Shown here: piece by piece, positions 39,029 through 48,415 of the stretch
Layout of the letters: every line of letters begins with the position of its first letter
Position numbering within the stretch: the first letter of the stretch is position 1
DNA from: Candidatus Liptonbacteria bacterium
GTDB lineage: Bacteria; Patescibacteriota; Minisyncoccia; UBA6257; 2-01-FULL-56-20
Length of the DNA: 64,000 nt
NCBI GenBank assembly: GCA_016194445.1
Contig: JACQBP010000040.1
Span: 20,402 to 84,401 of the forward strand
Reading direction: 5' to 3'
Notes under the pieces: generated by a model
Databases searched by the model: none
The model's input: the letters and a program-made list of their open reading frames with translations, nothing else
Told to the model about the DNA's origin: nothing
Position numbers and translations under genes: made by a program

Positions 39029-40021
39029 CTATGATAGCAGTGAAAGTAGAGTATGAACCCGATTGTGAAAAGTATGTTCCTTCAAAACCTTTGCGGTAGC
39101 TTTGGATTGCATCACTTTTCGTTCTTCTTCATGAGCCAAGTAATATGCGACGACTTCAAACCAGTCTCTGTTAATTTTGGGCATTGCCAACTCATCTTCA
39201 TCAAAAAACTCTCGTATTTGGGGTACATAGTCACACACTTCAAATCCTCCACTAGCGGGTATTTTGAAAGTTCTGGCATTAATAGTCCTTATATCAGCAC
39301 CAGGTTGTTTTTCGTGAAAATTGATACTGATTTTTGCCGAGGCATATGCCGAACCTTCTAAATCAATCGGAACTTGCCGCATAAGCCTTAGTTTTGATAT
39401 TACCCCACTTCCAAAAATCGTTCGCTCAATTTTTACGAGAGGATGCAAAAAGTTTCGATCAATAAAATCCCAACCGAAACCATAAATTTTTACATGGTAC
39501 TTTTTTGCAAGCGGGAAAAGTATACGCTCGAAAGCTTCTCGTTTCTTTGGAAGATTGGCCCCGATATAGATAATATCACAATTGTATTTCGGGATGGGTT
39601 TTGCCGTACCATGAATTTTCCTTGACGCGGCAAGCCAATGCATTTTTTTGAAACGATACGCCGGAAAACTTTGAAATTCAACAGTGGGATCCACTTCTGA
39701 AAAATAGACGTCTACAATCTCATCTCTTTTTATAGCGAGCGCCAATTCGGGAGACATTGCACCATGTAGCACTACTTTGCCGCCTTGCCGTTTAAAGTTT
39801 CTCAATACGTCAATCTTTTTTTCCAAATCGTGGATCAAAAATCCGCCTTCTTCTATAAAAATATCCGGCTTAAAGGAGGTGAGTGTTTTCAATAAATCTT
39901 CTTTTTCAGTTAAAGGGTAAACCTCGTGTCCAAAATCTTCAAACGCGTTTTTATAGCCCTCATAGGTAAAGCGATCGTCACCGAGTCCGTAAGGGTAAAG
40001 GATGTGATAGAGAATTTTCAT
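39029..40021 (-). CDS. CgeB-family glycosyltransferase (start revised to ATG 40021)
   Basis: DIIYIG, AKISINFH, NARTFKI, YYLAHEEER, HTFHNR. Confidence 0.85.
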   Translation of the reverse strand: MKILYHILYPYGLGDDRFTYEGYKNAFEDFGHEVYPLTEKEDLLKTLTSFKPDIFIEEGGFLIHDLEKKIDVLRNFKRQGGKVVLHGAMSPELALAIKRDEIVDVYFSEVDPTVEFQSFPAYRFKKMHWLAASRKIHGTAKPIPKYNCDIIYIGANLPKKREAFERILFPLAKKYHVKIYGFGWDFIDRNFLHPLVKIERTIFGSGVISKLRLMRQVPIDLEGSAYASAKISINFHEKQPGADIRTINARTFKIPASGGFEVCDYVPQIREFFDEDELAMPKINRDWFEVVAYYLAHEEERKVMQSKATAKVLKEHTFHNRVHTLLSLLS

Positions 40022-40851
40022 ACGCTTAGAGTATGAAATAAATTTTTTATTCGGTTGTGGATTTTGGGGAAATGATTTTTTAAAAATCCGAAAAACCATT
40101 GGAAGTAGACGTTTTTTAGATAAAGGAAGTAGAAACGCGATCGGCAGCTGGCTCCGTTTCTAAAATTGACTTTTTTGGTTTCTCGCCACGACCGGGCATG
40201 GCTACTGGTTGTTTTTCGACCCTCGTGTTCTAGGGTGACTTGAAATACTCGTGGATAATAAAGTAGTTTAGCGCCACTTTTTACAATCCGCAAGAATAAA
40301 TCGTGTTCGGCGACATGACGGAGAGATTCATCGAAGCCACCGACTTGATTGATAAATTTTCTTTTGAAAATAGCGGAGCTTTGAGGAATTTGGCAGGCGC
40401 CATTAATTATATCATTCAGGGTGTAAGGTCGGTGATGGATGGTTGTTTGCTCACCACTTGGGAAAAGGGTGTCGTGGTTGCCATAAATTAAATCGATGTT
40501 GGGGTGAGAAATAAGCTGACTCATAAAGTCTTGGATGGCTCCGGGGACGAGAAAGTCGTCGGAGTTAAGGATGGTGATGTATTCACCAGTGGCTTTCTGA
40601 AGCCCTTTATTCATTGCTTCACCTTGGCCAGAGTCTCTCTCTGAAATCCAAGAAAATAAAAACCCGCGCTTTTGAAATTTAGCTTCGCAGTTTTTAAGTA
40701 GAAGGATGGTGTTGTCGGTGGATTTGGCATCGATGACTAACTGTTCAATGTGAGGGTAAGTTTGCTCAAGCACGCTTGCGAGGGTTTTTTCTAAAAGAAC
40801 TCGACGATTCAGGGAGGTGGTGATAATGCTTAAAAGAGGGGTGTTTGTCAT
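40018..40851 (-). CDS. GT2 glycosyltransferase (WcaE/WfgS-like)
   Basis: SERDSGQGEAMNKG, LNSDD. Confidence 0.9.
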   Translation of the reverse strand: MTNTPLLSIITTSLNRRVLLEKTLASVLEQTYPHIEQLVIDAKSTDNTILLLKNCEAKFQKRGFLFSWISERDSGQGEAMNKGLQKATGEYITILNSDDFLVPGAIQDFMSQLISHPNIDLIYGNHDTLFPSGEQTTIHHRPYTLNDIINGACQIPQSSAIFKRKFINQVGGFDESLRHVAEHDLFLRIVKSGAKLLYYPRVFQVTLEHEGRKTTSSHARSWRETKKVNFRNGASCRSRFYFLYLKNVYFQWFFGFLKNHFPKIHNRIKNLFHTLSV

Positions 40852-41792
40852 GGGACGCGATTTAATAGTAAACTCCGAATGACCCTCATGAAAGAGTTTT
40901 TGAAATTATCGAAGATGAGGAAGGGTTTATAGCCAAAGGTTGCAAAACCAGAATATAAAATATTTTTAAAGGAGGGTTGACGTTGTCTTGAGCGTTTTAA
41001 GAAGAGCCTTCCTTTGTCGACTTGGCTCGCGCGCATGTAAACCAACCCGCCAAAAAAACAAAGCCAACTGATGGCTTCTTCGCCTTGGTTTTCGTAAAGT
41101 TTTTCATATTTGGTAAAGAAATTTTCGAAGGAACGAACGAAACGCTTATGATACTCGGAGGAAGAAAGGGCACTTGATGAAGGGCGTGTTCGTAAAAAAT
41201 ACAGCCGAAGGGGAACATCGATAACGTATCCTCGAAAATGTTGCCGAAACTGAAGATGGAGGTCAAGATCTTCAAAACCACTCATACTCGGATCGGAGTG
41301 AATACCGAACTTTTCAAAAGCTGACTGGCGAAAAACCCAGCCGTTACCGATGGATAATTTCCAAAAGGGTTCTAATTGCGGTAGATAATAAGTTTTCCGA
41401 CCAAACTCATCTTCGTTGATGACTCCTCCGCTTAGATAGGCAACGTCGGCTGGCAGATGGCGGAAGGCCTCGACGGCTTTTTGAACGTACTCCGGCAAGT
41501 AGGCGTCATCGTGGTCGTTAAACGCGATAAACTCTCCTTGAGCTTGTTTGATGCCAAAATTTTTGGCGACAGATTGCCCTCCATTTTTTAACTTAAAATA
41601 CTTCAGGCGAGGCTCGTGGGTCATTAAATTTTTTACCTTTTCTTCGGTATCATCTGTTGATCCGTCGTCGATGACTAGGCATTCGATGTTTTGGTAGGTT
41701 TGATCAAGAACACTCTTTATAGATCGATTCATTAAGATCTTTGATAAGTTGAAGGTGGGTATGATAATGCTAACTTTAGGATTATAAGACAT
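40848..41792 (-). CDS. GT2 glycosyltransferase
   Basis: VSIIIPTFN, DDGSTD, FNDHDD, FEDLD. Confidence 0.9.
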   Translation of the reverse strand: MSYNPKVSIIIPTFNLSKILMNRSIKSVLDQTYQNIECLVIDDGSTDDTEEKVKNLMTHEPRLKYFKLKNGGQSVAKNFGIKQAQGEFIAFNDHDDAYLPEYVQKAVEAFRHLPADVAYLSGGVINEDEFGRKTYYLPQLEPFWKLSIGNGWVFRQSAFEKFGIHSDPSMSGFEDLDLHLQFRQHFRGYVIDVPLRLYFLRTRPSSSALSSSEYHKRFVRSFENFFTKYEKLYENQGEEAISWLCFFGGLVYMRASQVDKGRLFLKRSRQRQPSFKNILYSGFATFGYKPFLIFDNFKNSFMRVIRSLLLNRVP

Positions 41793-41822
41793 GATTTCTT
41801 AGTTTATAGCAAAAAGAAAAAA

Positions 41823-42785
41823 TTACCGTTTCGAGGCGCAGTTATTCAAATACCAAGTGATGGTTTCTTTTACTCCTTCTTTTAGATTTTTGGCTGGCTC
41901 GAAACCCCAATTGTTTTTGACGTAAGAGATATCGAGGGTCCGAGTTGAATCAGCTCCAACAGCTCCAACCCATTCAATCTTTCCTTTAAAGCCGGCTGCT
42001 GTGGCTATTATAACTGAAAGATCGCGAAGATTTATTTTTTTTCCGGTACCGATATTGATGGGATTTTCTAATGGGCGCGATTTAAGTGATTGGACAATAG
42101 CCTCGGCGGCATCACTTATATAGAGAAATTCTCTTTCGGCTAGGCCGGTGCCTGAAAAAGTTATTTTCTCTTCATTGCTTGAAACAGCAATACATATTTT
42201 TTTTACCATGTAAGAGAAAAAAGATTGGGATTTTTTGCAGTCTCCCCAGGGACCGTAAAGATTCGGAAAGATTAGATAAGCGGAGTCAAGGTTGTATTGT
42301 TTATGATAAGCCTGACAGCCAACAAGGATCGCTAATTTCGCGATTGCGTAAGACGCGTTCGCTTCTTCTGGATATCCTTGCCAAAGATAAGATTCTTTAA
42401 ATGGCGCAATTGCGTTTGCTGGATAACTATTAATACTTCCGACAAAAATGGTTTTTTTTATTTTTGCTTCACGAGAAGCTTCAAGGACATTTAACCCCAT
42501 CAAAATGTTTTCATAAAAAAATTGACCGGGGGCTTTTTTTTGATCGGTGCTGTCGCCTACTTTACCAGCAAGGTGAATGACGTAGTCACATTTATTAACA
42601 GCCTTAACGCAATCTTCTTTAATTAAAAAATCGCACTCGGCGAAAGTTGGAGTGATAAGATTACTTTTTGGAAAACCTTTGGAAAGCAGTCTCCCAATGA
42701 CGTAGGAGCCTAAAAAACCCCTAGCACCGGTTATAAGTATGCGGGATTTTTCGGGAGAAGGAACAGAATTTGCGTTAATCTCCAT
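41823..42785 (-). CDS. GDP-fucose-synthase-like reductase (divergent)
   Basis: HLAGKVG, FFYENI.MG, L.QGYPE..N..YAIAK, NLYGP, REFLY. Confidence 0.8.
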   Translation of the reverse strand: MEINANSVPSPEKSRILITGARGFLGSYVIGRLLSKGFPKSNLITPTFAECDFLIKEDCVKAVNKCDYVIHLAGKVGDSTDQKKAPGQFFYENILMGLNVLEASREAKIKKTIFVGSINSYPANAIAPFKESYLWQGYPEEANASYAIAKLAILVGCQAYHKQYNLDSAYLIFPNLYGPWGDCKKSQSFFSYMVKKICIAVSSNEEKITFSGTGLAEREFLYISDAAEAIVQSLKSRPLENPINIGTGKKINLRDLSVIIATAAGFKGKIEWVGAVGADSTRTLDISYVKNNWGFEPAKNLKEGVKETITWYLNNCASKR

Positions 42786-43503
42786 GGACGTCCCGGTGGA
42801 TGTTTCCTTTTGCCGCCCAGAGACTAGCCTCCAGAAGAGAACCGAAGGTTCCAGCGTCAGCCCAGAAACCAGAAATATTCCCGTAGTTTAGTTTTTTGAT
42901 TTCGGCGTATTTATTTAAGGCGTCGGTAATTTCGAGTTCTCCTCTGCCCGAAGGTTTTAACTCGGAAATTATCTCAAAGACCACTTTATCAAAAAGATAA
43001 AACCCGGTTACGGCGTACCTGGATTTTGGATTTTCCGGTTTTTCCTCAACTTTAACGATTTCCCCTTTTTCAAAAACAGGCACACCAAAACGCTTGAGAT
43101 CGGAAACTTCTTTAAGAAAAATTTTGGCTCCGATTTTGAACTCGTTAACATCTTTTTCGAAATTATCATCAAAAATATTGTCGCCTAGGATCACGGCTAT
43201 GGAGTCGCCTTTGGAAAAATCTCTGGCTTTTTTTAGGGCCTCCGCAATCCCGCCGGCGCCAATCTGAGGAGCGTAAGTAAGGGAAACCTGATGGTCTACG
43301 CCGTTTTTCAAAAAATTAGAAAAAAGCTCGAGGTGTGAGCTTTCTGAAACAATCAAAATTTCGTCGATGCCGCTCTTGCGCAGAGTTGCGATCGGATAGA
43401 AAATCATCGGCCGATCATAAATAGGCAGAAGATGTTTGTTAGTAACGCCAGTGAGAGGAAGCAAGCGCGTTCCAAACCCACCAGCCAAGATAACTCCCTT
43501 CAT
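42775..43503 (-). CDS. rmlA: Glucose-1-phosphate thymidylyltransferase (RmlA/SpsI short form)
   Basis: LAGGFGTRL.P, NKHLLP, LGDN, EEKP, RGELEITD. Confidence 0.88.
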   Translation of the reverse strand: MKGVILAGGFGTRLLPLTGVTNKHLLPIYDRPMIFYPIATLRKSGIDEILIVSESSHLELFSNFLKNGVDHQVSLTYAPQIGAGGIAEALKKARDFSKGDSIAVILGDNIFDDNFEKDVNEFKIGAKIFLKEVSDLKRFGVPVFEKGEIVKVEEKPENPKSRYAVTGFYLFDKVVFEIISELKPSGRGELEITDALNKYAEIKKLNYGNISGFWADAGTFGSLLEASLWAAKGNIHRDVHGD

Positions 43504-43589
43504 AAAATAGATTTAGATAATAATTAAGCCTATTCAATCTAAGATAGAAAGTCTTTTTTGTAAAGGAGAAATAGAGGATTTCCTTGGAG

Positions 43590-44660
43590 CTATTGCTTGG
43601 TTTCGGTTTTTTTCTGATTTAGATCGTGCCCGCCCCATAGTTCAATGTGGGGGTTAAAAACTCCGGTTTTTTTTCTGATAGCATCAACCCAATTTGGGTT
43701 GCCTAAATACCACTCGATGGTTTCCTTAAAGGCTTTTTCAAATGAAGCTTTCGGCTTCCAGCCAAGCTCATTCCTGATTTTGCTAGAGTCAATAGAATAC
43801 CTTCGGTCGTGCCCTGGTCGCTCAGCGACGAATTCAGTTTTAGATTTATTGTTGTTGAAATATTTCAGGATGGCGTTGGCTATTTCCAGATTATTTTTTT
43901 CGTTATCTGCCCCAATATTATAAACTTCACCAGCTCGACCATTAAAAAGACAAAGGGTTAGAGCTTCGCAGTGATCGAGGACGTAGATCCAATCTCTGAC
44001 GTGCCTTCCATCGCCATAGAGTGGGAGGGTTTCCCCTTCCATTGCCCGCACAATAAAGAATGGAATGAGCTTCTCGGGATACTGGAAAGGGCCGTAGTTG
44101 TTTGAACAGTGGGTGACAACAACTGGGACTTCCCAGGTTGAAAAGTACGCTCCGCAAAGCAGATCTCCGCCGGCTTTGGTGGCGGAGTAGGGTATATGAG
44201 GAGCAAAGGCGGTGGTTTCAGTAAAACGGTTTCTACTATCTAACTCGAGAGATCCATAGACTTCATCGGTTGAGACTTGGAGGTATTTTTCTACTTTGTG
44301 ATTTTTTAGATATTCTAAAAAATTAAAAGGCCCCCATATGTTGGTTTGGATAAAGGATTCGGCGCCGATGTGGATACTCCGATCGACATGAGTTTCGGCG
44401 GCGAAATTTATAATGTAAGAAGGCTTAAAAGAATCTAAAGCTTTAAAGAGAAAAGTTTTATTGACAATATCTCCTTCAACGAATTGGTAGCGGGGATGAT
44501 TTTTGACATCCTGCAGATTTTCCAAATTACCAGAGTAAGTAAGCTTGTCGTAATTCAAAATCGAAAAGTTAGGGTTTTTATTAAGAAGATAGCGGATAAA
44601 ATTTGACCCGATAAAGCCGGCGCCGCCGGCAACAAAAAATTTTTCGTCTTTCAAAGACAT
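43590..44660 (-). CDS. rmlB: dTDP-glucose 4,6-dehydratase
   Basis: DKLTYSGN, AAETHVDRSI, STDEVYG, SNNYGP.QYPEKLIP, RPGHDRRY. Confidence 0.95.
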   Translation of the reverse strand: MSLKDEKFFVAGGAGFIGSNFIRYLLNKNPNFSILNYDKLTYSGNLENLQDVKNHPRYQFVEGDIVNKTFLFKALDSFKPSYIINFAAETHVDRSIHIGAESFIQTNIWGPFNFLEYLKNHKVEKYLQVSTDEVYGSLELDSRNRFTETTAFAPHIPYSATKAGGDLLCGAYFSTWEVPVVVTHCSNNYGPFQYPEKLIPFFIVRAMEGETLPLYGDGRHVRDWIYVLDHCEALTLCLFNGRAGEVYNIGADNEKNNLEIANAILKYFNNNKSKTEFVAERPGHDRRYSIDSSKIRNELGWKPKASFEKAFKETIEWYLGNPNWVDAIRKKTGVFNPHIELWGGHDLNQKKTETKQ

Positions 44661-44698
44661 GATATAGAAAAATTTAACATACTTACTTTCAGAAGTGA

Positions 44699-44722
44699 AA
44701 CCCCCGTGGTAAGACGGGGGTT
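44699..44722 (-). terminator. Hairpin terminator
   Basis: aacccccgt-ggtaag-acgggggtt. Confidence 0.7.
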
Positions 44723-44736
44723 GGAAAGGGAAACTC

Positions 44737-45849
44737 TCAAGTAGTCAGCATTGAGGCAACATAACGGCCAATGGCAAGACAAGAAGTGAGTCCAGGAGAT
44801 TCAATGCCGATTAAGTTGACTAAGTGAGGGGAGCAGCTGTCTAAGTGGATCCCGAAGTCATCCTCACCGACGGCGGGGTTGGTTTTGGAGCGAAGACCAG
44901 CGTAAGCCCAAGTTAGATCTCCCTCTTCAAGATCGGGCAGGAAACGCTGAGCGCCTTCTAAAAACTCTTGGGGGGGAGTTTTCTCAAAAGAGTTCCGAGA
45001 TCGGTTCCCCGCCGGCTTAGCGTTTGGTCCGATTAGAAGGCGATTATTCGAAGCGGGTTTGGTTAGGTGGATACCCTTCACGGGATGGCCTGGTCTGAGA
45101 GCAGGATAGACTAAGGTGCGTTGAATGAGGTTGGCTTTCCCACCAGTCACTTCGTAATACTCACCCCGCCAAGGATAGTGACGATAGTGACAAAACCCAG
45201 CTTGATTGGCAAAGATATCAGCCGAGAGACCAGCGGCATTCACGACAATGGGGGCTGAAAAATCTCCTTCGGTGGTCTCGACTAGGTAGTTCCGTCCAAC
45301 CTTAATGAGGGAGAAAACTTCAGTTTGGAATTGCAGACGGATGCCTTGAGAGCGGCACGTCGCCGCCAGTTTTTTCCCCAGAGCAGGCTGGTCAACGACC
45401 CAAACGTCTTCCAGGTAAATACCCAAAGAAGCTCGCACTTCCGGCTCAAGTTCTCGAATCCCACGAGAGGAGAGAACATGAAGATGGAGGTTTTGGCTAT
45501 GGCTATTTCGCCAAAGCAACCAGAGGTGATGAACTTCGGCGGCGAGATGTCTGAAATCGCGACTTGAAGCAACGATCAACATGCCCGACTGGCGAATGGG
45601 AACCTGGTGGAGCTTACAGAAATCGACTAGCTCCCGGCTTCCCTCTCGAGCAAGTTTGGATTTTAAGAGCCCGGGTCTTTGATGAACCCCAGTGTGAATA
45701 ACGCCGCTGTTGTAAAGGCTGGTTTCGCCAAACTCATGAGGGTTTTTCTCCAGAACAGCGACAGTTCTTTCAGGAAACCTTTGCTTGGCGGCGAGAGCTA
45801 CGCCGAGACCGACAGCACCAGCGCCGATGATTAAGATATCTGTTCTCAG
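44737..45849 (-). CDS. FAD-dependent oxidoreductase, L-2-hydroxyglutarate oxidase (LhgO)-like; CTG start
   Basis: Frame extends to CTG 45849 (6 nt after AAGGAGG, in-frame TAA just before) and adds DILIIGAGAVG, EKN, TSLYNSGVIHTG; also NAAGL, RGEY, GIESPGLTS. Confidence 0.85.
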   Translation of the reverse strand: MRTDILIIGAGAVGLGVALAAKQRFPERTVAVLEKNPHEFGETSLYNSGVIHTGVHQRPGLLKSKLAREGSRELVDFCKLHQVPIRQSGMLIVASSRDFRHLAAEVHHLWLLWRNSHSQNLHLHVLSSRGIRELEPEVRASLGIYLEDVWVVDQPALGKKLAATCRSQGIRLQFQTEVFSLIKVGRNYLVETTEGDFSAPIVVNAAGLSADIFANQAGFCHYRHYPWRGEYYEVTGGKANLIQRTLVYPALRPGHPVKGIHLTKPASNNRLLIGPNAKPAGNRSRNSFEKTPPQEFLEGAQRFLPDLEEGDLTWAYAGLRSKTNPAVGEDDFGIHLDSCSPHLVNLIGIESPGLTSCLAIGRYVASMLTT

Positions 45850-45896
45850 TTAGGACCTCCTTTAAGTTTAAAACCCAGTGTAAAATGACCGAAAAT

Positions 45897-45926
45897 AGTA
45901 TAGCTGGTTTAATGAAGGATAGTCAA
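45897..45926 (-). promoter_or_regulatory. sigma70 promoter of the LhgO-like gene
   Basis: TTGACT-18 bp-TATACT. Confidence 0.6.
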
Positions 45927-45952
45927 ATATGAGAGGCGAGGAAAAGACAAAT

Positions 45953-46900
45953 TTAATCGACATTCGAGAAGGGATTACTGATGTGGAGAGCTTGATAGCC
46001 GCCGAGAAGTTCACGAATGCCATCATGAAGATTGACTGAGAGGTCAAAGCCAGTGTTTTTGATTTTAGTATAGGAGACCTCATAATTTCTTTGATCAGGA
46101 TCAGTGCCAAAATCAGCGAAGTGAAGGTGGTAAGGAATAAATTCTTGAATTTTTTTGGCAATGTCTTCTTTGGTAAAATTCATTTCTTCGGAGCCGACAT
46201 TATAAATTTCATTTTTCATTTTTCCGAAATTTTTAACGGCGTGGACAAAACTCCTGCCAACGTCAACGGAATGAATGAAGGTCCGTTTGAAGTGGGCTTC
46301 ATAGACAATGTTAACTTTTTGTTTTAAAGCTCGATAAACAAAGTCGTTGATCATGAGATCTAATCGAGGACGAGGAGAAAGGCCAAAGCCGGTGGCGAAA
46401 CGATAGATGATGTAGTTGGGTTTGGTTTTGATGGCAGATTCAGCTTGAAGTTTGGAGAGGCCGTAGTCGGAAACGGGATTAGTGGCTGTGGTTTCAGTAC
46501 AAATACCATCTACTTTCCCATAGACACTACCAGTGGAACCGAAAATTATCTTCTGATTCTCGGACCTTAAATCATTAATAAGCTTAGTGGCATTAAGATT
46601 GACTTCATAGCAAAGTTCGGGATCTTTTTTACAGGCAGGCTCGCCGACGATACCAGCCAGGTGAATGATATAATCTACCCCGTCAAGAGCTTTCTTAACC
46701 ACCTCTTTGTTTCTGACATCGCCTTTAATAAATTCGAATTTTTTATCGATGAAATTAGGGAAGAGAGTATGCTGGCGGTACATAAGATTGTCTAAAACTC
46801 TCACAGCATATCCATCTTTTAAGAGCATAGGGACTAAAATAGAGCCGATGTAGCCAGCACCGCCAGTAATTAAAATTTTTTGAGGTTGAGATTGGGGCAT
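45953..46900 (-). CDS. NAD-dependent epimerase/dehydratase
   Basis: TGGAGYIGS, LAGIVGEPAC, YGLSK, SPRPRLDL. Confidence 0.9.
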   Translation of the reverse strand: MPQSQPQKILITGGAGYIGSILVPMLLKDGYAVRVLDNLMYRQHTLFPNFIDKKFEFIKGDVRNKEVVKKALDGVDYIIHLAGIVGEPACKKDPELCYEVNLNATKLINDLRSENQKIIFGSTGSVYGKVDGICTETTATNPVSDYGLSKLQAESAIKTKPNYIIYRFATGFGLSPRPRLDLMINDFVYRALKQKVNIVYEAHFKRTFIHSVDVGRSFVHAVKNFGKMKNEIYNVGSEEMNFTKEDIAKKIQEFIPYHLHFADFGTDPDQRNYEVSYTKIKNTGFDLSVNLHDGIRELLGGYQALHISNPFSNVD

Positions 46901-46901
46901 A

Positions 46902-47687
46902 TTAACCTAAATGAGTGGAAAGAAATTCTCTTAGGTATTCGTCTGAGGTTTTGAGCGGATAGGGTGGGATAAGAGAGGCGAGTTTTAAGGTTGGCATTTC
47001 ATAAATTTGACATTTTGCCTCTTTGGCAAAAGAAATGTTTTTCCCGAAATATTGACTAATACTTTGAAAATCAACGGTGCCGCGCCCACCGACGTTGAAA
47101 ACCTCTTTTTTCACGGGGCGCCGCAAAAGCTCTTCGATCACCTCTGCGACTCCTTTGGTGGTAATCATTTGCAAGCGCGAATCTTCGGTAACGAAGAGGG
47201 GTTGGTTTTGGAGAATATCATGGACGGGACCCTTTTTCAAGTTTTGGCCGAGCATCATTGAGCATCGAAGGATAAGGAAGTCTTGGGTGTGATTACTAAC
47301 GATTATTTCACTTAGATATTTATGAAGGCCGTAAGGGGAAAGGATTTTGGGATCGATGAAGATATCTTCTCGAGTGTGGTCGAGGTGGCTGTGGTTTGGA
47401 TAGACATCACTCGAAGAGATATAGATATATTTGCCAAACTTAAAATCAAACAAACTTTTATAAACAGAAGTAGTTGAGGCTTCAAAATCTTCGAGGATAT
47501 TTTGGTTAGCCCAAAAACGGCGGCTGTTGCCGTTGGCGTTCACTAAAACATCAAACTCCTGGCCTTGGAACTCACTGTAATTATCTTTGTCGATGGCGGT
47601 GGTTTGGTGATGCTCGCCTAAAAACTTAACAAGATCGCTACCCAACATACCGCGGCCACCTAAAATACCTATGGTGAGCTTTTTCAT
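46902..47687 (-). CDS. RmlD-like NDP-sugar reductase/SDR
   Basis: GGRGMLG, NANG, ISSSDVY, YGLHK. Confidence 0.75.
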   Translation of the reverse strand: MKKLTIGILGGRGMLGSDLVKFLGEHHQTTAIDKDNYSEFQGQEFDVLVNANGNSRRFWANQNILEDFEASTTSVYKSLFDFKFGKYIYISSSDVYPNHSHLDHTREDIFIDPKILSPYGLHKYLSEIIVSNHTQDFLILRCSMMLGQNLKKGPVHDILQNQPLFVTEDSRLQMITTKGVAEVIEELLRRPVKKEVFNVGGRGTVDFQSISQYFGKNISFAKEAKCQIYEMPTLKLASLIPPYPLKTSDEYLREFLSTHLG

Positions 47688-47693
47688 ACAAAT

Positions 47694-48402
47694 CTACGCA
47701 TGAGGGAAAAGTTTTGAAAAGAAGTAATCGTCATGGTAACACCCCCCAACCGAAACCGGCATCCGCCAGTTTTTCGAAAATGGCAAAGTGGTCGCGCGAG
47801 TGAAACCCCTTGAACTGAGGCTGGATCTCAACAAACGCGCTAACTACTTTTTCCTTGATGGCCTGACTTCCTCCAGTAAGCACTTCATATTCGGTTCCTT
47901 CGACGTCAATTTTCAGAAAATCGATACTTGATATTCTCTGCTCACGAACAACGTCATCAAGACACCTGATTTGAACAATCATTTTTTTCTTAAAGCCAAT
48001 TTTTTTGTCCAAGAAAGAACTGCCGTCCGGATTAGGGGAAACATAAAACGCGAGCTGGCCTTCGTGGTTATGAAGACCATGTGGAAATAGCCGGACGCGT
48101 CTAGCGTAAGGAGCCGTTCGTTTGACTAACTGAGCGAAAGAATCCGGGAATGGTTCAAAACAATATATTATAGCGTTCGGAAACGCGCTCAAAAAATGGA
48201 GCGCATACTCTCCGGTGGCTGCTCCAACATCGAAAACCGTGTGTATCTTACCGGCTCCACCCGCAAGTCGTTCTGCTTCCTCGATTGCTCGATAAATTCC
48301 GCTCTTGCCCAACAACCGATGTTTAATCGGACGAACCCAGTTCTTGATCCTTTTTACAAACTCGAGCCGATACAATGCACCAAGAATTTTTGACGAGATC
48401 AT
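47694..48402 (-). pseudogene. FkbM-family methyltransferase with a C-terminal frameshift in a 6-nt G/C run (47742-47747)
   Basis: FDVGAATG, CFEP, LKIDVEGTE. Removing one G gives GFGWGCYHDDYFFSKLFPHA* ending 47694. Confidence 0.7.
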
Positions 48403-48415
48403 ATTTCTATAGAAT

